Positions 41,041 to 53,127 of a stretch of DNA of 64,000 nt are shown here, piece after piece; position 1 is the stretch's first letter; the number at the start of each line of letters is the position of its first letter. Position numbers and translations under genes: made by a program. The notes under the pieces were generated by a model. It made no database searches. It had not been told where the DNA came from and was given only the letters and a program-made list of their open reading frames with translations. The stretch is from positions 92,444,001 to 92,508,000 of the forward strand of contig NC_045697.1 in NCBI RefSeq assembly GCF_009834535.1, in the 5' to 3' direction. The stretch comes from Camelus ferus (taxonomy: Eukaryota).

Positions 41041-41231
41041 ATCCAATGTGAATTTTATGACAAAACACTTAATTTAAAAAGCAAAATGTATTAAGTAGCA
41101 ACTTTAAAAAAACAGAGTTTAATTGAGACAGATTCTTAATCTGAAATAGAGTAATCGATCAATAGAAAATCAGGTCTAAAAGAGGTTAGAAATGAGCGCA
41201 TTTGATTCTTGCATTCAAAAAGGAGACAGCT

Positions 41232-41344
41232 GGAGGAGTGGGAATAGTTCAGTGGTAGAGGGTGTGCTTAGCAGGCATGAGGTCCTGGCTTCAATCCCTA
41301 GTACCTCCATTAAAAAAAGAAAAAGAAGAAAAAAAAGAATGAAA
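41232..41344 (+). mobile_element. tRNA-derived SINE (camelid Vic-1-like)
   Basis: A-box-like atagttcagtggtagag and B-box-like gcttcaatccc, an A-rich tail, and a 16-bp TSD CAAAAAGGAGACAGCT (41216-41231) / CAAAAAGGAGATAGCT (41345-41360). Confidence 0.93.
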
Positions 41345-42039
41345 CAAAAAGGAGATAGCTTATTCTTAGGAAGTTTAAATGCCTTGCTTAGTCTCACAAC
41401 TGTAATAAATGATAACCAAAACTCTTTGCTCTGGTGTGGTGCTATATCCATTACGCTTATATTTTTCACACTGAAAAAAAGCTGTAGTTGGAAAAATGAT
41501 TGTTGTAAGAGAGAAATCCTATTTACTGCTCTGTTAGGATCTGAAATATAATGTCTTAAAATAATATGATTTTTAGGTTTTTTGTGGCTTTTATGTTTTA
41601 TAATTGACATACTGTACTTTTTACAATGATTTCTAGAGTACCATGTAACTAGTGTGCCTCATTCTCTGCATTAGATTATATGATGTTTCTAACATTTTTT
41701 TCCCATGGTGTGTAATTTTTTCAGTGAGAAGTTGCTTATATTATTTTCTTTACCAGAAAATAATCTATGACTTTGATCTGGTGTCAGATGAACATCTCTT
41801 TTTGATATTACTAGGATCAGGTGATGTAGCAATAATGACAAAGATCTGGAAATAGCAATAGCAATCTCTTAATAAATCTCTAGGATTTTAAACTGTAGGA
41901 TAAAGCTGAATTAATGCATTTTAAGAAAATGTATTTAGAGTTAGCTATTCCCTAAGCTTTAAGGATGCTTGGTATCAGATCACAAAAAGAACTTGTAATG
42001 TTGAAAGGCTAAAATCTAAGTTGCACGAATCACATTATA

Positions 42040-42290
42040 ATCTCCCCTGGTCAGACTTCATAGGGAGGCCTCGGTTAGATTGAATTTTGTGTTTCACATT
42101 TTATGAAAGACATTGAAAAAGAAATTGTATCTAAAGGAGGACTAGCATAGTGAAGAAAATGACATCAAACGAGGAATGGTTTTGTTGAGGTTAAGTATGA
42201 ACTAGATAGTTGCCTTCAAGTACTTGAAGGGTGGACACATGCAAGAGATACCAGGCTTAACAGTGCTACAGAGCAAAGGTAAGGAAAAGG
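42040..42290 (+). mobile_element. CR1/L3 LINE fragment
   Basis: ctggtcagac ... cacattttatgaaagacattgaaaaa ... gaggaatggtt ... atagttgccttcaagtacttgaaggg. Confidence 0.7.
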
Positions 42291-42722
42291 GTGGACATAG
42301 AATAAGGCTGATTTTGGTCCTTTTTCCACACACAGAACATCCCCTCAAGAGGGAGACTCCAAAGCCACAGCTAATATTGTATCCAGCAAAAAATCCAAGA
42401 TTTCTGGATGAAAGACATCAGATCCCAATATGGTCCCTTGACAACCTGTGAACTAAAAAGTAACTGGTCCACTATTAAAATAAAAATCAAACAGTGATAG
42501 AATAACAATAATAGAAATTTGATTTCCATGAAAAAGGGTGGGACATACAACAGTTAATCATCCATAACAATTTGGTAATTTCTCTGGGTAGGAATCACAA
42601 ATCATCCCCACATGTGGTACTAAGTGGAGACCCTTGATGATATTTGGATTTATGGTGAACTGAAAGGTGCTGATTTTTGTTTGTTTTGTTTTGTGTGTGG
42701 GTGCATGTATTTTTTAAGGTAC

Positions 42723-43147
42723 TGTATTAGTTTTCTAGGGCCGCTATAACAAAATACTACATAAGCTGGGTGGCTTAAATAACAAAAATTCATTGTCTCA
42801 CAGTTCTGGAGGCCAGCGGTCTGAGATAAAGGCGTTGGCAGAGTTGATTCCTTCTGAGGGAGAATCTGGTCCATTCTTCTTCTCTAGCCTTTTGTGGTTT
42901 CTTTGGTGTTCCTTCGCTGTAGATACCTACCTTCACCTTCACATGGCGTCCTCCCCGGGTGTGTCTCTGTGTCCACATTTCCCCTAGGACACCAGTGTTG
43001 TTGGAATCGGGGCCCAGCATGACCTCATTTTAATTACTTACTTCTGCAATGACCTTATTTCTAAAAAAAAAAAAAAAAAATCACCTTTTGAGGTACTAGG
43101 CGTTATGGCACATGAATATTGGGAGGAAGCAATTCAATCTATATTAT
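42723..43147 (-). mobile_element. MaLR LTR (MLT1B/C-like), near full length
   Basis: tgtattagttttctagggccgctataacaaa ... tctcacagttctggaggcc ... atgacctcattttaa ... tgaggtactagg ... caattcaatc. Confidence 0.92.
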
Positions 43148-43849
43148 ATATAAAAACTTTTTTTAAGCATATGGTATCTGTAGAAATGAATTCTTTGGAA
43201 AGTAGTACAGTTCAGATCTCTTTTACTTCCAGTTAGTTTTCTATGCCAGTAACCATACCGAGAGTATCTTCTACACATAATTCTCAAGGCTGATTTATCT
43301 TTGCTTTCTTACCTCTAGAAATCTCTTTTAACTTAATGAAGTCTACTGTGAGATCTTCTGGCGTAGGTGGAGAGGCCAGTCTCCATCTGATCTTTGCTGC
43401 AACACTTAGTTTTAATAGACCGTGTTGCTCAAAGGCTTCTTAAACTCCCATTTTATGCTTTCTGGGTACAGAAAGCTTTTCAAATCCTTCAGGGCCCTGT
43501 CTCAATTCCACTTTATTTCATTTTTGTTTGCAATCAGCCAATCCCTTTCCTGACTTTATTTCTTTCTGATCATACAGTTACGAAAGTCAGCCTAGTCATA
43601 ACCAACACACACTGTTATTATTTATGATTCTCTCCAAAAGTTTCCCCTTGAGCTGGTAGGCATCTGATCTGTCTTTCAGATTATCATGAACTATAGTTTC
43701 TCCAAACATTTGGCTAATCTTTCCAATGCGCTAGTTTCTTTTGGCCCCTTCCTTTCTGTCTGTTACCAAATGCTTTTGTTTGCTAGTACTGAACTCTTAA
43801 GTTACGATATCTTTTTTGATCAGAGTGGGCTAGATGCTGTAAAAATACT

Positions 43850-44255
43850 CTATTTGGTATTAGGTCTTGCTTTGACCAATAAAATGTTGTGCGAAATGAA
43901 CTGTGAGTGCAGATCCCAGGCTTTAAGAGGCCCTGAGTTTCCTTTCTCACCCTCCTGGAATTCTGAGATCACATTGCTGTGAAGAACCCTTTCAAGGCTA
44001 CTGGGAGACGAGAGGCTACATTGGGGAAAACTGAAACACCCAAGCAGAGAGCAAGCACAAAGGCCTCAGACATAGGATTGGGGACATTGTGACACTTCTG
44101 CCATTGCCCAGGTACCAGATAGGGGAAGCTACGTGAATGAGCCCCAGTGTGACAAGCAGAACCAACCAGTAAATCCACTTAATTTGGGAAATATCATTAC
44201 CATTTTAAACCACTAAGTTTAGGACAGTCTTTATTCAGTGATAGATAACTACAAT
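43850..44255 (+). mobile_element. MaLR LTR (MLT1G/H-like)
   Basis: cttgctttgaccaataaaatg ... ccaggctttaagaggcc ... ttttaaaccactaagttt ... atagataactaca. Confidence 0.8.
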
Positions 44256-46759
44256 ATATTTAAACCTGATAAATTGAGATTAAGTGTTACACTCTCTAGA
44301 CAATCACTAAAGGAGAGTAAAAATATTTAATTACCATCTAGAATAGACAATCTCAGTACACCAAACATGTAGTTCAACAAACAGTTTTTTGAAAGAATAT
44401 TTATGTAAATTTAATTTATAATGTCCTTGGTATTACTGGCCTGCTGCAACAACAAATCTCTTTAATATAAAATGTTTCTTTTATTACTGTGTAGATTGTT
44501 TCCAAATTATAAAATAAGCCACTATCAGAAAATCTGGGAAATGATGGAGTTTTCACAATTATCCACTAGCCTCAATTTTTCAGGGGACATATTTTGTGTA
44601 ATGAGTAACTTGTGGACTTTATGTTGTTTTTTTTTGCATCATCTATTTTGTATCAGTTGTAACTAATAGAAGATCATACCAATAAGATAACAAAACTTAA
44701 AATCTTGGGAAATATAAGAAAGAGATAAAATAGAAAGGTTTAAAGATACTTTCTTATCAGACATTTTTATAGAACAATGACAAAAAAAAGACAATTTCAT
44801 TTGAACTGGTTATTGTCTCTGAAGAAAGTAGAAAATAAAACAACAACAGCAAAAATCTTTAAAATTTGTTACCACTCCTACTACTGCCCATTTATGTTGT
44901 GTTGCCAAAAATATTATGCCATCTTGTTTCTGGGAGTTGTTGGAAATATGACAATACTATGTGTAGTTAGCTTTTCTCTACTGGCACCTTCTTGGAGATA
45001 GAATAGTGATTTCTTTTCCCCATTATTTTTTGTTTTTGTTTTTGTTTTTGACAGCTTTTGGGAGGCAATAAGTCTTTAGAGCGCTTTTAACTTGATGTTT
45101 TAAGGAGGTGAGGAAGAATTTTTGTGTGACTTTTTTTTAAAAAAAGTAATTACAGAAGAGTATTTGGATTTGACAGTTAAAGAAATAATACTGAAGAACG
45201 TTGACTTTTGGATTTTTTTTTATATAACCATGGACATATGCTATGTTAATATAAGCCAAAAGTTTTACATATCCTTCTTTTTTTGGTTTGTTTACAAGAA
45301 TTGAAGATAAGAGAATTTAAACTTTGACTACTAATCGGAATTTTTTATTGTTAAGAATGCCAAAAGTAAAGATGAAATTCTTGGTTTCAAAGTATGGACA
45401 CATGGTAAAGTGAATTGGAAAATGTTGTGCAACACTTACGAATGACTGAGACAAATATTTTTTAATTTACTTTTTTGTGTTAAGATGTAGTAAAATGTTG
45501 ACACTATTGTTACATTAAAATGGAAACATACTTTAACAGATTTCTAAAACAGTTTAAACAACTGCTAGTGGTGTCAATTCCTTCAAATTTCAGAAAACAA
45601 AAGAATCTTGGATTTGTAGTTTAATTGTAGTTTAAATCATGTCCTCAAGTTCTTATATTTTAAAAGTGTAGAATCTGAGGGCCAGTTGGAGAGATTATGT
45701 GACCTACCCTAGATCACAAAGTATTTCTTTAGGGTCCACCAAATATGTGGTGTTTCAAGAATAGCTGGAGGCAGAAGAAGCAATGTATTGGAAATTCATA
45801 AAACAACACATAGATCAAGCTTCCATGTGACAGATTTCCTAACAGCTGTGATGTTTGTTAAGGAAATTCTGCTGGAAGCCCCATATACTGAATTCAAAGT
45901 CACACATCCCATTCAAAAAACAATCGGAATATGAATAATTTGCTCCAGAGAATAGGACCTAGAAGAGAAATTCACTGTTGCCTGCAATTCTCAACTGTAC
46001 ATTGATGCATAATCCATTCATGTGGGAAATTTGATTTATTGACTTATGTACCTTGATACTATGTTATTCTTTTAGCAGATAGCACTCAATCCCAAGATAA
46101 TTTTAAAATAAAAATCATTAAGAACCTGCTAATTAATTACCCTTGGAATTAAAGCGCTTCATTATCCCTAATTTATGTTCATTTAACCTAAGTTCTGATC
46201 TTTTTTATAGATACACTGAGAATTAAAACTTAGAGAAGTCAATTTTCAACTCTTGATTACATTAAATTAAAAGCTCACTCAATTTGTGATGTTTTGTTTA
46301 AATGGCATATCTTGACTTGATTTGAATAAATAATCTCATTCCTTATTAGAATATATTTTGTTTTCTTCTACCTTTTATCAGTGTAATATGTGTTTCTTTT
46401 TATTGCCAATTTTGAGATTCTATAAGAATTCTTCAATCTGGCATTTAGAAATGATCCATAAACATTCTCTCTCTCAAACATCTCTCTCTAAATGTATGTG
46501 TCTTACCTTTCAGGCATGCTGCTTGTATTTTCTCTTGGAAGGTTTCTCTTATTTCTGCTTATTTTTCATTTCTATTATTTGCTATTATTTTAAATATATT
46601 CATTTCTTTAGCAGGTGTTTACTGAGCAACCAGTATCTTGCCATAGGTGTATATATGAACCATGTATTCATTTGTATGCTTGCTTGCTTACTTGTTTATT
46701 TGGGTTTGAGAGTTCAAAGAGTTTAACTGAGAAATATGGAAGAATGAAATAAAGGGATA

Positions 46760-47160
46760 CAGACATATAAAATCTAACATGATCTGGCCTTTGTTGGTCC
46801 TCAGGAATCAATTTCCACCACTCTTTCTTGCTTATTTGAGACAAACTGGCCTTGTTTCTTGTTGTCTCCAAGCATCAAAGTCATCTACTCAGGGAGGCCT
46901 TCTCTGAGGACTCTAGAAAAGCATTTACCACCATCATCCTCTGTTTGCTTATCCTGATTTCCTTTTCTTCAGTGTATCACTGATGACTTTATATTATGTA
47001 TTTGTGTTTTTATTTCTCCTTCCTTTCTAAAATGTTAAGTTTCACAAAAGAGAAATTTCCCTGTTGTGTTTATTTCTGTATCATCAATAACTAGAATACT
47101 GACCAACATAGAGAATGAAAACATTGATACATCATTATTGAATAAATGAAAGAAGGAATG
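46760..47160 (+). mobile_element. L2 3' end
   Basis: ctggccttgtttctt ... ggaggccttctctga ... ctagaatactgacc ... ttattgaataaatgaa. Confidence 0.75.
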
Positions 47161-47470
47161 GGTTTCTTATCCTAGTCAATGGTCAGGCAAAACCTTACGT
47201 TTATGTTAAGGTAAGGAAAATAAGGAGTTAGCCAAATAATGAGATGAGGCAAACCAAGAAGATAAGGTGCAAACCAAGAAGACAAAACTATGTCTAAACT
47301 TTTGCACAAAAAATTGACCTTAACCAAATGCCTCCTATCTTATCAATCCTAGAAATGCTTTTGAATTATAGTCAAGAGATAAGAAAAGGGTATTTGTCCT
47401 TCCCAGCTATTAACCAGAGTATATTCATAACAGCATTTCATTAAGAGAATGGCTAGTAAATTTATAAAAC

Positions 47471-47766
47471 TTTTTTTTTTCTTTTTTATTGACGTGTAGT
47501 CATTTACAGTGCTGTGTCAGTTTTGGATGTACAGCATAATAGTTCAGTCATACATAATTCATTTTCATATTCTTTTTCATTGTAGGTTACTACAAGATAA
47601 TGAATATCTTTCCTTATGCTATACAGTATGAACTTGTTTATCTATTTTATATATAGTAGTTAATATCTGCAAATCTCCCAGTTTATCCCTTCCCACCCTC
47701 TTTGCCCCGTAACCATTAGTTTGTTTTCTTTGTCTGTGAGTCTGTTTCTGTTTTGTAAATATGTTC
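47471..47766 (-). mobile_element. 5'-truncated L1 3' UTR (cetartiodactyl type)
   Basis: Poly-T, then ttattgacgtgtagtcatttaca ... gtctgtgagtctgtttctgttttgtaaat; 16-bp TSD AGTAAATTTATAAAAC (47455-47470) / AATAAATTTATTAAAC (47767-47782) with 2 mismatches. Confidence 0.93.
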
Positions 47767-47789
47767 AATAAATTTATTAAACATTTAAT

Positions 47790-48830
47790 TGCACTAATAA
47801 TTTAAATTAAACTAAGATACTATATTTTACTTTTAATCTATTGAAGTAATACAGATTTTCTGCTTTAAACATAGGCAGTAGGAACCTCAAATTTGTACTG
47901 AAGAGGTGAATATTGATCATTTATATGTGGAATCTAAAAAACAAATAAACAAACAAAACATAAATACAAAACAGAAATCGACTCACAGACATAGAATATA
48001 AACTTGTGGTTGCCAAGGGGGAGGGGATTGGGAAGAGATAGACTGGGATTTCAAAATTGTAGAATAGATAAACAAGATTATACTGTATAGCACAGGGAAA
48101 TATATACAAGATCTTATGGTAGCTCACAGAGAAAAAAATGTGACAATGAATATATATATGTTCATGTATAACTGAAAAATCGTGCTCTACACTGGAATTT
48201 GACACAACATTGTAAAATGATTATAAATCAATAAAAAATGTTAAAAAAAAAGAGGTAGTATTTCTGGAAAACATTCTGGGAATATATATACCAAGGGCCT
48301 TAAAAATGTTCATCCCTCTTTATATAATGTAGTTACATACTTCCAAAATGAACTAAAATAATCATCAACAACACAGTTGAAAGACATATGTACAAAGGAA
48401 GATTCTTCAACATTACATATAATGGAAAAAATAAAAACAACAAATGCATACAATAAAGGGTTTGTTAAATGTGCCATAATGTAATCACGTAATCAGTCAT
48501 AATGCATGCTTGAAATGATTACAAAGAATTTTAATAACATACTGCAATTTTATATTAATTAAAAATGCAAGCTGAAGAACTTTATATAAAGAAATAATTA
48601 TAAAAATATCTGATCAAAACATAAAATTACCATTTTTGTATGTGACAAAGGATTTTTATATTGGCAACTTAATATAATTCACTTTAATATAGAGATAAGA
48701 AAAGACTACAAGGAAAAAGCATGAAAAATGCTATTATTATTAGTTATTTCCATTGGTAGAATCAGAGTATTTTCTTTTGCTCGTGTTTTCAGTAGTTTTA
48801 AGTTTATGAAGTGAGTATACTATTACTGTT
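47790..48830 (+). mobile_element. Highly degraded L1ME-like element, host of the 47915-48250 insertion
   Basis: tttctggaaaacattctgggaatatatatacc...ccttaaaaatgttcatccc; aaagacatatgtacaaagga. Confidence 0.55.
47915..48250 (+). mobile_element. Young 5'-truncated L1 3' UTR
   Basis: Closely similar to 40105-40452; A tail; TSD AAGAGGTGAATATT (47901-47914) / AAGAGGTAGTATT (48250-48262). Confidence 0.95.
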
Positions 48831-49364
48831 TTGAGCCAAATCTTAAGGAAAGCTTTTGGAAAAAAGTGTGATTTTCATTTATAGCTATACTTAATAAGCT
48901 TGCATACGAGGTTGGCTATTAGCAAGTAGCTTATTTCCTCCAAAATATTTTCCATATAATTAGAATAGATAATCAATAAACAAGTGACTGTTTTGTTTAT
49001 AATAGCATCATGAGCTTCTTGGAGACAGAAATAAGTGAGACAGATTAACTTAAATTTTATTTGTCTTTCATACCAAATAGTATTTTTTATATATATATAC
49101 ACACACACACATAGATGATGATTTTAAGAAAAAATACACAAAAATTGATTTATTAGTTACTATTTAGATAGTACTTACTATTTTATTAGTTACTACTTAG
49201 ATTTATTAGTTACTATTTAAGAGTTTTTAGTTATTATTTTATAATAATATAATTTTTAACTGAAAGGGAACTTAGATATAATGTCCAATAGCCTTTTAAT
49301 ATATCTAGAATAAATTTTTATATGTAGTATTAATTATTAATAATAACCTATAAGTATGTTGTAA

Positions 49365-49670
49365 TTAATCCCTTCCATACACTTTTATCTAGTGCCTACT
49401 CTGTGTTAGGGGTCAGTCTGAGAACTAAAGACTCAAAGGTTAACAAGACCAATTCATGCATTCCTTGAACTGAAATACAGAGGATGAGACTGATAAAAAC
49501 CATCAAATAGACCATTAATAAGATAATTATGAATATATAATGAAAATTATAAAGAAAACCAAAAAGGAATTGAGATAGGAAACAACAGTTGTTACCGTAG
49601 TTAGGGAGTGAACAAAGCACTTCTCTGAGGACATGACATTTATGAGCGTTAATTTGGAACACAGAATCAA
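49365..49670 (-). mobile_element. L2 fragment
   Basis: tttatctagtgcctactctgtgttagg ... cttctctgaggacatgacatttatgagc. Confidence 0.7.
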
Positions 49671-51686
49671 AAAGCAGTATTTCAATGTGGACTGTTACTT
49701 GGCAGCAAAATCAAGGTTGCAACCCCATTTTCTTGATTCAAATTAACTTATATGTAAAAATAAATTTATGCATCTTTATTTTGTGCTATTGAAACTCAGA
49801 ATGGATAGTAGCAGAGTATTCTCTAAGGCTGTTATCAATTCAGCTGAAGTCAATATATAATTATAAAGATTCAGGGAAAGAAAATTTAACTACGCCTAGT
49901 TAACTTCTCTTGTGAGTAAATAGAGAATTTAACCAGTCCGTATAGTGCTATTTGCAGTGCAGTTGCTAAGGTGTTTAACTCACGGGTAAAAGAGTTTGAT
50001 GATTTATTTGATGAAATGAAAATTCCTTTCGGTAATTTGATTCTATTTTTCAAGTCTTTCAATTTAGGCTACTTTTGGAGGTGGGCACAGGGCAGGGTGC
50101 AGGGGATATCAAACAATGTTACCGGGTCCATAATTTCAGAAATTCTCTAGATATAAATTTTAAAAAGTGAAACATTTGGTTCCATTATTTTGAAACTAGA
50201 AATGTATGACTTTCATTTGTATTTTCTTAGGGCATTTTCTTTTTTTCTTTTTTTTTTTTTCTTAGCTATAGAGCAACAAAGACATTGTGAAAGGAAAGAT
50301 TATGAAAGGAATATTTCTATTGTCATGTATTTCCCTTTCTTGCTCTTCTTTAACAGTACCTCTCCCTGCACTCCTTTTGCCTTCTCTTTCTTTATACCAA
50401 TTATATTAGAGGCAATTCAATAGGATGACTCTAAGTTAGGCAGGTTAGGTGAAAAATATTTTATTCTCCTGCTATAGTAGCTGTGTACCCTGTATGGTTT
50501 ATATTTTCACCATGAATTCTCGAGGATGATTTTCCATAATGCCCATCATGACCATTAACACACTAGGTGTAGAGTAACTGAGAGAGAAAAATCAGAATGT
50601 TAACAAAAGATTGGATGAAGTACCAAAGTTTCATTTCATCATACAAGAAAAAAAAATAGTATCCTTAAGAAATTCAGAACCATACACCAAGGTGTAGTTG
50701 TCTACATTTGTTACACACCTTCTTATTTTCTCAGAAGGCAGATTAGTTATTTTAATTTTTTCAAAGGAGAGGAGAAATGTAGACTGGAGAATAAGTTTTA
50801 CAGTATGAATAACTGTACCAAAATAAAGTCATACCTATTTAAGATGACTTATATTAGTTATGCTTGCTCATATACATTGTATATAATACTGATGCAAGAC
50901 AGATTTTTTTTTTCCCTCATGAGTCCTACACTCCCAGAGTGGGATTATTGCTTCATTAAATTATTTGAAGTTTGTCAAATCCCATATAGAATGGCATCAT
51001 AACCCAAAGTAGTATCTCAGTGCTGTGGAGAAGTGAAAGGTAACATTACTATGATTGATTCTCAGAAGTAGGTAATGCACTGAGATGCATCATGCATACA
51101 TCTATCAAAGAGGTGGAATTACTCCACAAAGAATAAAGAACCTTTTGAAGAGGAGTGTAATGTAATACATACCGATCTTTATTGCTAGGTGGCTAGAGTT
51201 AAAACTTGGCTGACGTTTCCATTACCAACTTTGTCTTTCTGGAACTTATAAGTCAACTCTAACCAATAAACTCAGCAGAAAAATCTGTGTCTAGGAAACT
51301 TTAGAAATGGTTAAAATTTAAATACATTCAGATAAATTGTTAAAGACAGATACCCAAATAGAAATGAATCCATATTTTAATTTTTTGCTTATGTGAGAGT
51401 AGGTCAAGCCAAAAATGACAGTTTTGATTCCAAAACTGAACAGATTAAAGACTCTACCTCCCTTAAGATTGCTTTCCAGTTAGTTTATTAGCAGACCAAG
51501 AAACAGAGTGAAGGATTTAGCCAAGCATGGGTTAACACAGCTTCCCAAAATCCCTTTATGGCAATACACTGAAGCTTAGTGGTCAATGCAAAGTAAGCAG
51601 GTTGAAATATCTCCCAGGTCTGAGGAATACAGGGCCCAATAGGCAAGAGGAGAAAGGACACCGGGACGGAAGCTACTCTTCTAGTA

Positions 51687-51896
51687 CAGCGCTCTGCAGT
51701 ACAGTAGGCTCCAGCCACAAGCCAGGTGTGGCTGGTTAAATTCAAATAGATTAAAATGAAATCTAACCAAGAGTCAGTCCCTCAGTTTCACTAACTGCAT
51801 TTCAAGTGCTCACTCTCTACGACTGGTTAGTGAACAACTTGGACAGTACAGATAGGACATTTCCATCACCACAGAGAGTTCTACTGGACAGTACTG
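51687..51896 (-). mobile_element. MER3-like hAT-Charlie element
   Basis: About 210 bp; catttcaagtgctca ... acatttccatcaccacagagagttctactggacagtactg matches the reverse complement of MER3. Confidence 0.9.
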
Positions 51897-52482
51897 GTGT
51901 AACAGATAAGAGTTCTTGCTGTGCCACAGTAACTTGTTCCTGTGTTCTGTTTCTTATTGGCCTATTAGGTCTTTTGTAGGTCTGGTCATTGCCTACCATA
52001 GAGAGTTGTGTAGATATAATACCAATGAATATATCAAATCCATACATATTGTTTAAAATTTTTATGAGCAGTACATGCCTTTCTTTTCTTTGTTAAGTAG
52101 AAGGCGGTGTCATCCTACTACTAATCCAGAATAATAAAAACAGTAAAAGACTTAGGAGAATGGTAAAGGTTAGGAAGAGCCAGCCTGGGAAGTGAGATGG
52201 AGATGACTCAAAAGCATTTAGAAAAAGTTCTGAGTGTCACAGAAGTTCAAATAGATAGATATAGATCATTTATTTGGCATGAGTTGGCTCAATTTCTGAT
52301 ATAAAACACCATACTTTAAAGGGTATTACACTTTATCTGGTATCAGCATTCCCACTCAAAGGTTTTTGCAAAAACAAATTCTGCTTATTATCCAGAATAT
52401 TACATTTGCAAGAACATTGAATTATGTTTATAAATGAGATTTAGCATAGAAAAAGCATTAGAGGATATTAAATATGCAGACT

Positions 52483-53127
52483 CTGATAGAACAAATAATA
52501 GCCCCTCCAAAAATACTCACACTCTAATCCTAGGATCCTGTAAATATGTTATAATATATGACAAAAGGAACTTAGCATATGTAATTAATGTTACAGACTT
52601 AAAAATAAGGATTTATCATGGATTATATGAGTGGGTCCATTCTAATCAATCAAGTCCTTACAAACACATAAATGTCTACCATTGGAGTCAGAAGGGATAC
52701 AACAGAAAAGTTAAGCAGGAGAAGACAGAGGGGGAGGTCAGAGAGAATAGAAGTGTGAGAAGGACTTGATGAACTGTTGTTGGCTTTGAAGAAAGAGAAA
52801 GGGAGCCATGAGCCATGAATTGAGGTTGGCATCTAGAAGCTGAGAACAACCCGTGCCCAACGTCCAGCAAGGAAATAGATGCTTGGGTCCTACAGGCATA
52901 TGAAATAGAACTCTGTCAACCACTTGAATAGGCTTGCAAGTGGATTCTCCCATGGAGCCTCCAGATAAGAGCCCAAGCTAGTCAACATCTTGATTTTAGC
53001 TCCATGAGACCATAAGCAGTATACCTAGACAAGCCTAGTGGACTTCCAGCTTACAGAATTGTGAGGTAATAACTGTGTCAAGCTGCTAAATTTAACTTCT
53101 GATGGCAACAAAAGAAAATTAATGCAG
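52483..53127 (+). mobile_element. MaLR LTR (MLT1E-like), near full length
   Basis: ctctaatcctaggatcctgtaaatatgtta ... tggctttgaaga ... tctagaagctgagaac ... gagcctccagataagagccca ... aagctgctaaattt ... agaaaattaatgca. Confidence 0.9.

Noticed and set aside
41232..41310. Possible tRNA gene
   Set aside because: It has an A-rich tail, a TSD and degenerate boxes, so it is a SINE rather than a functional tRNA.
41192..41610. Overlapping 119-aa and 131-aa ORFs
   Set aside because: They read through the SINE and its A-tail (KKRKRRKK / FFLLFLFL), a typical SINE translation artefact.
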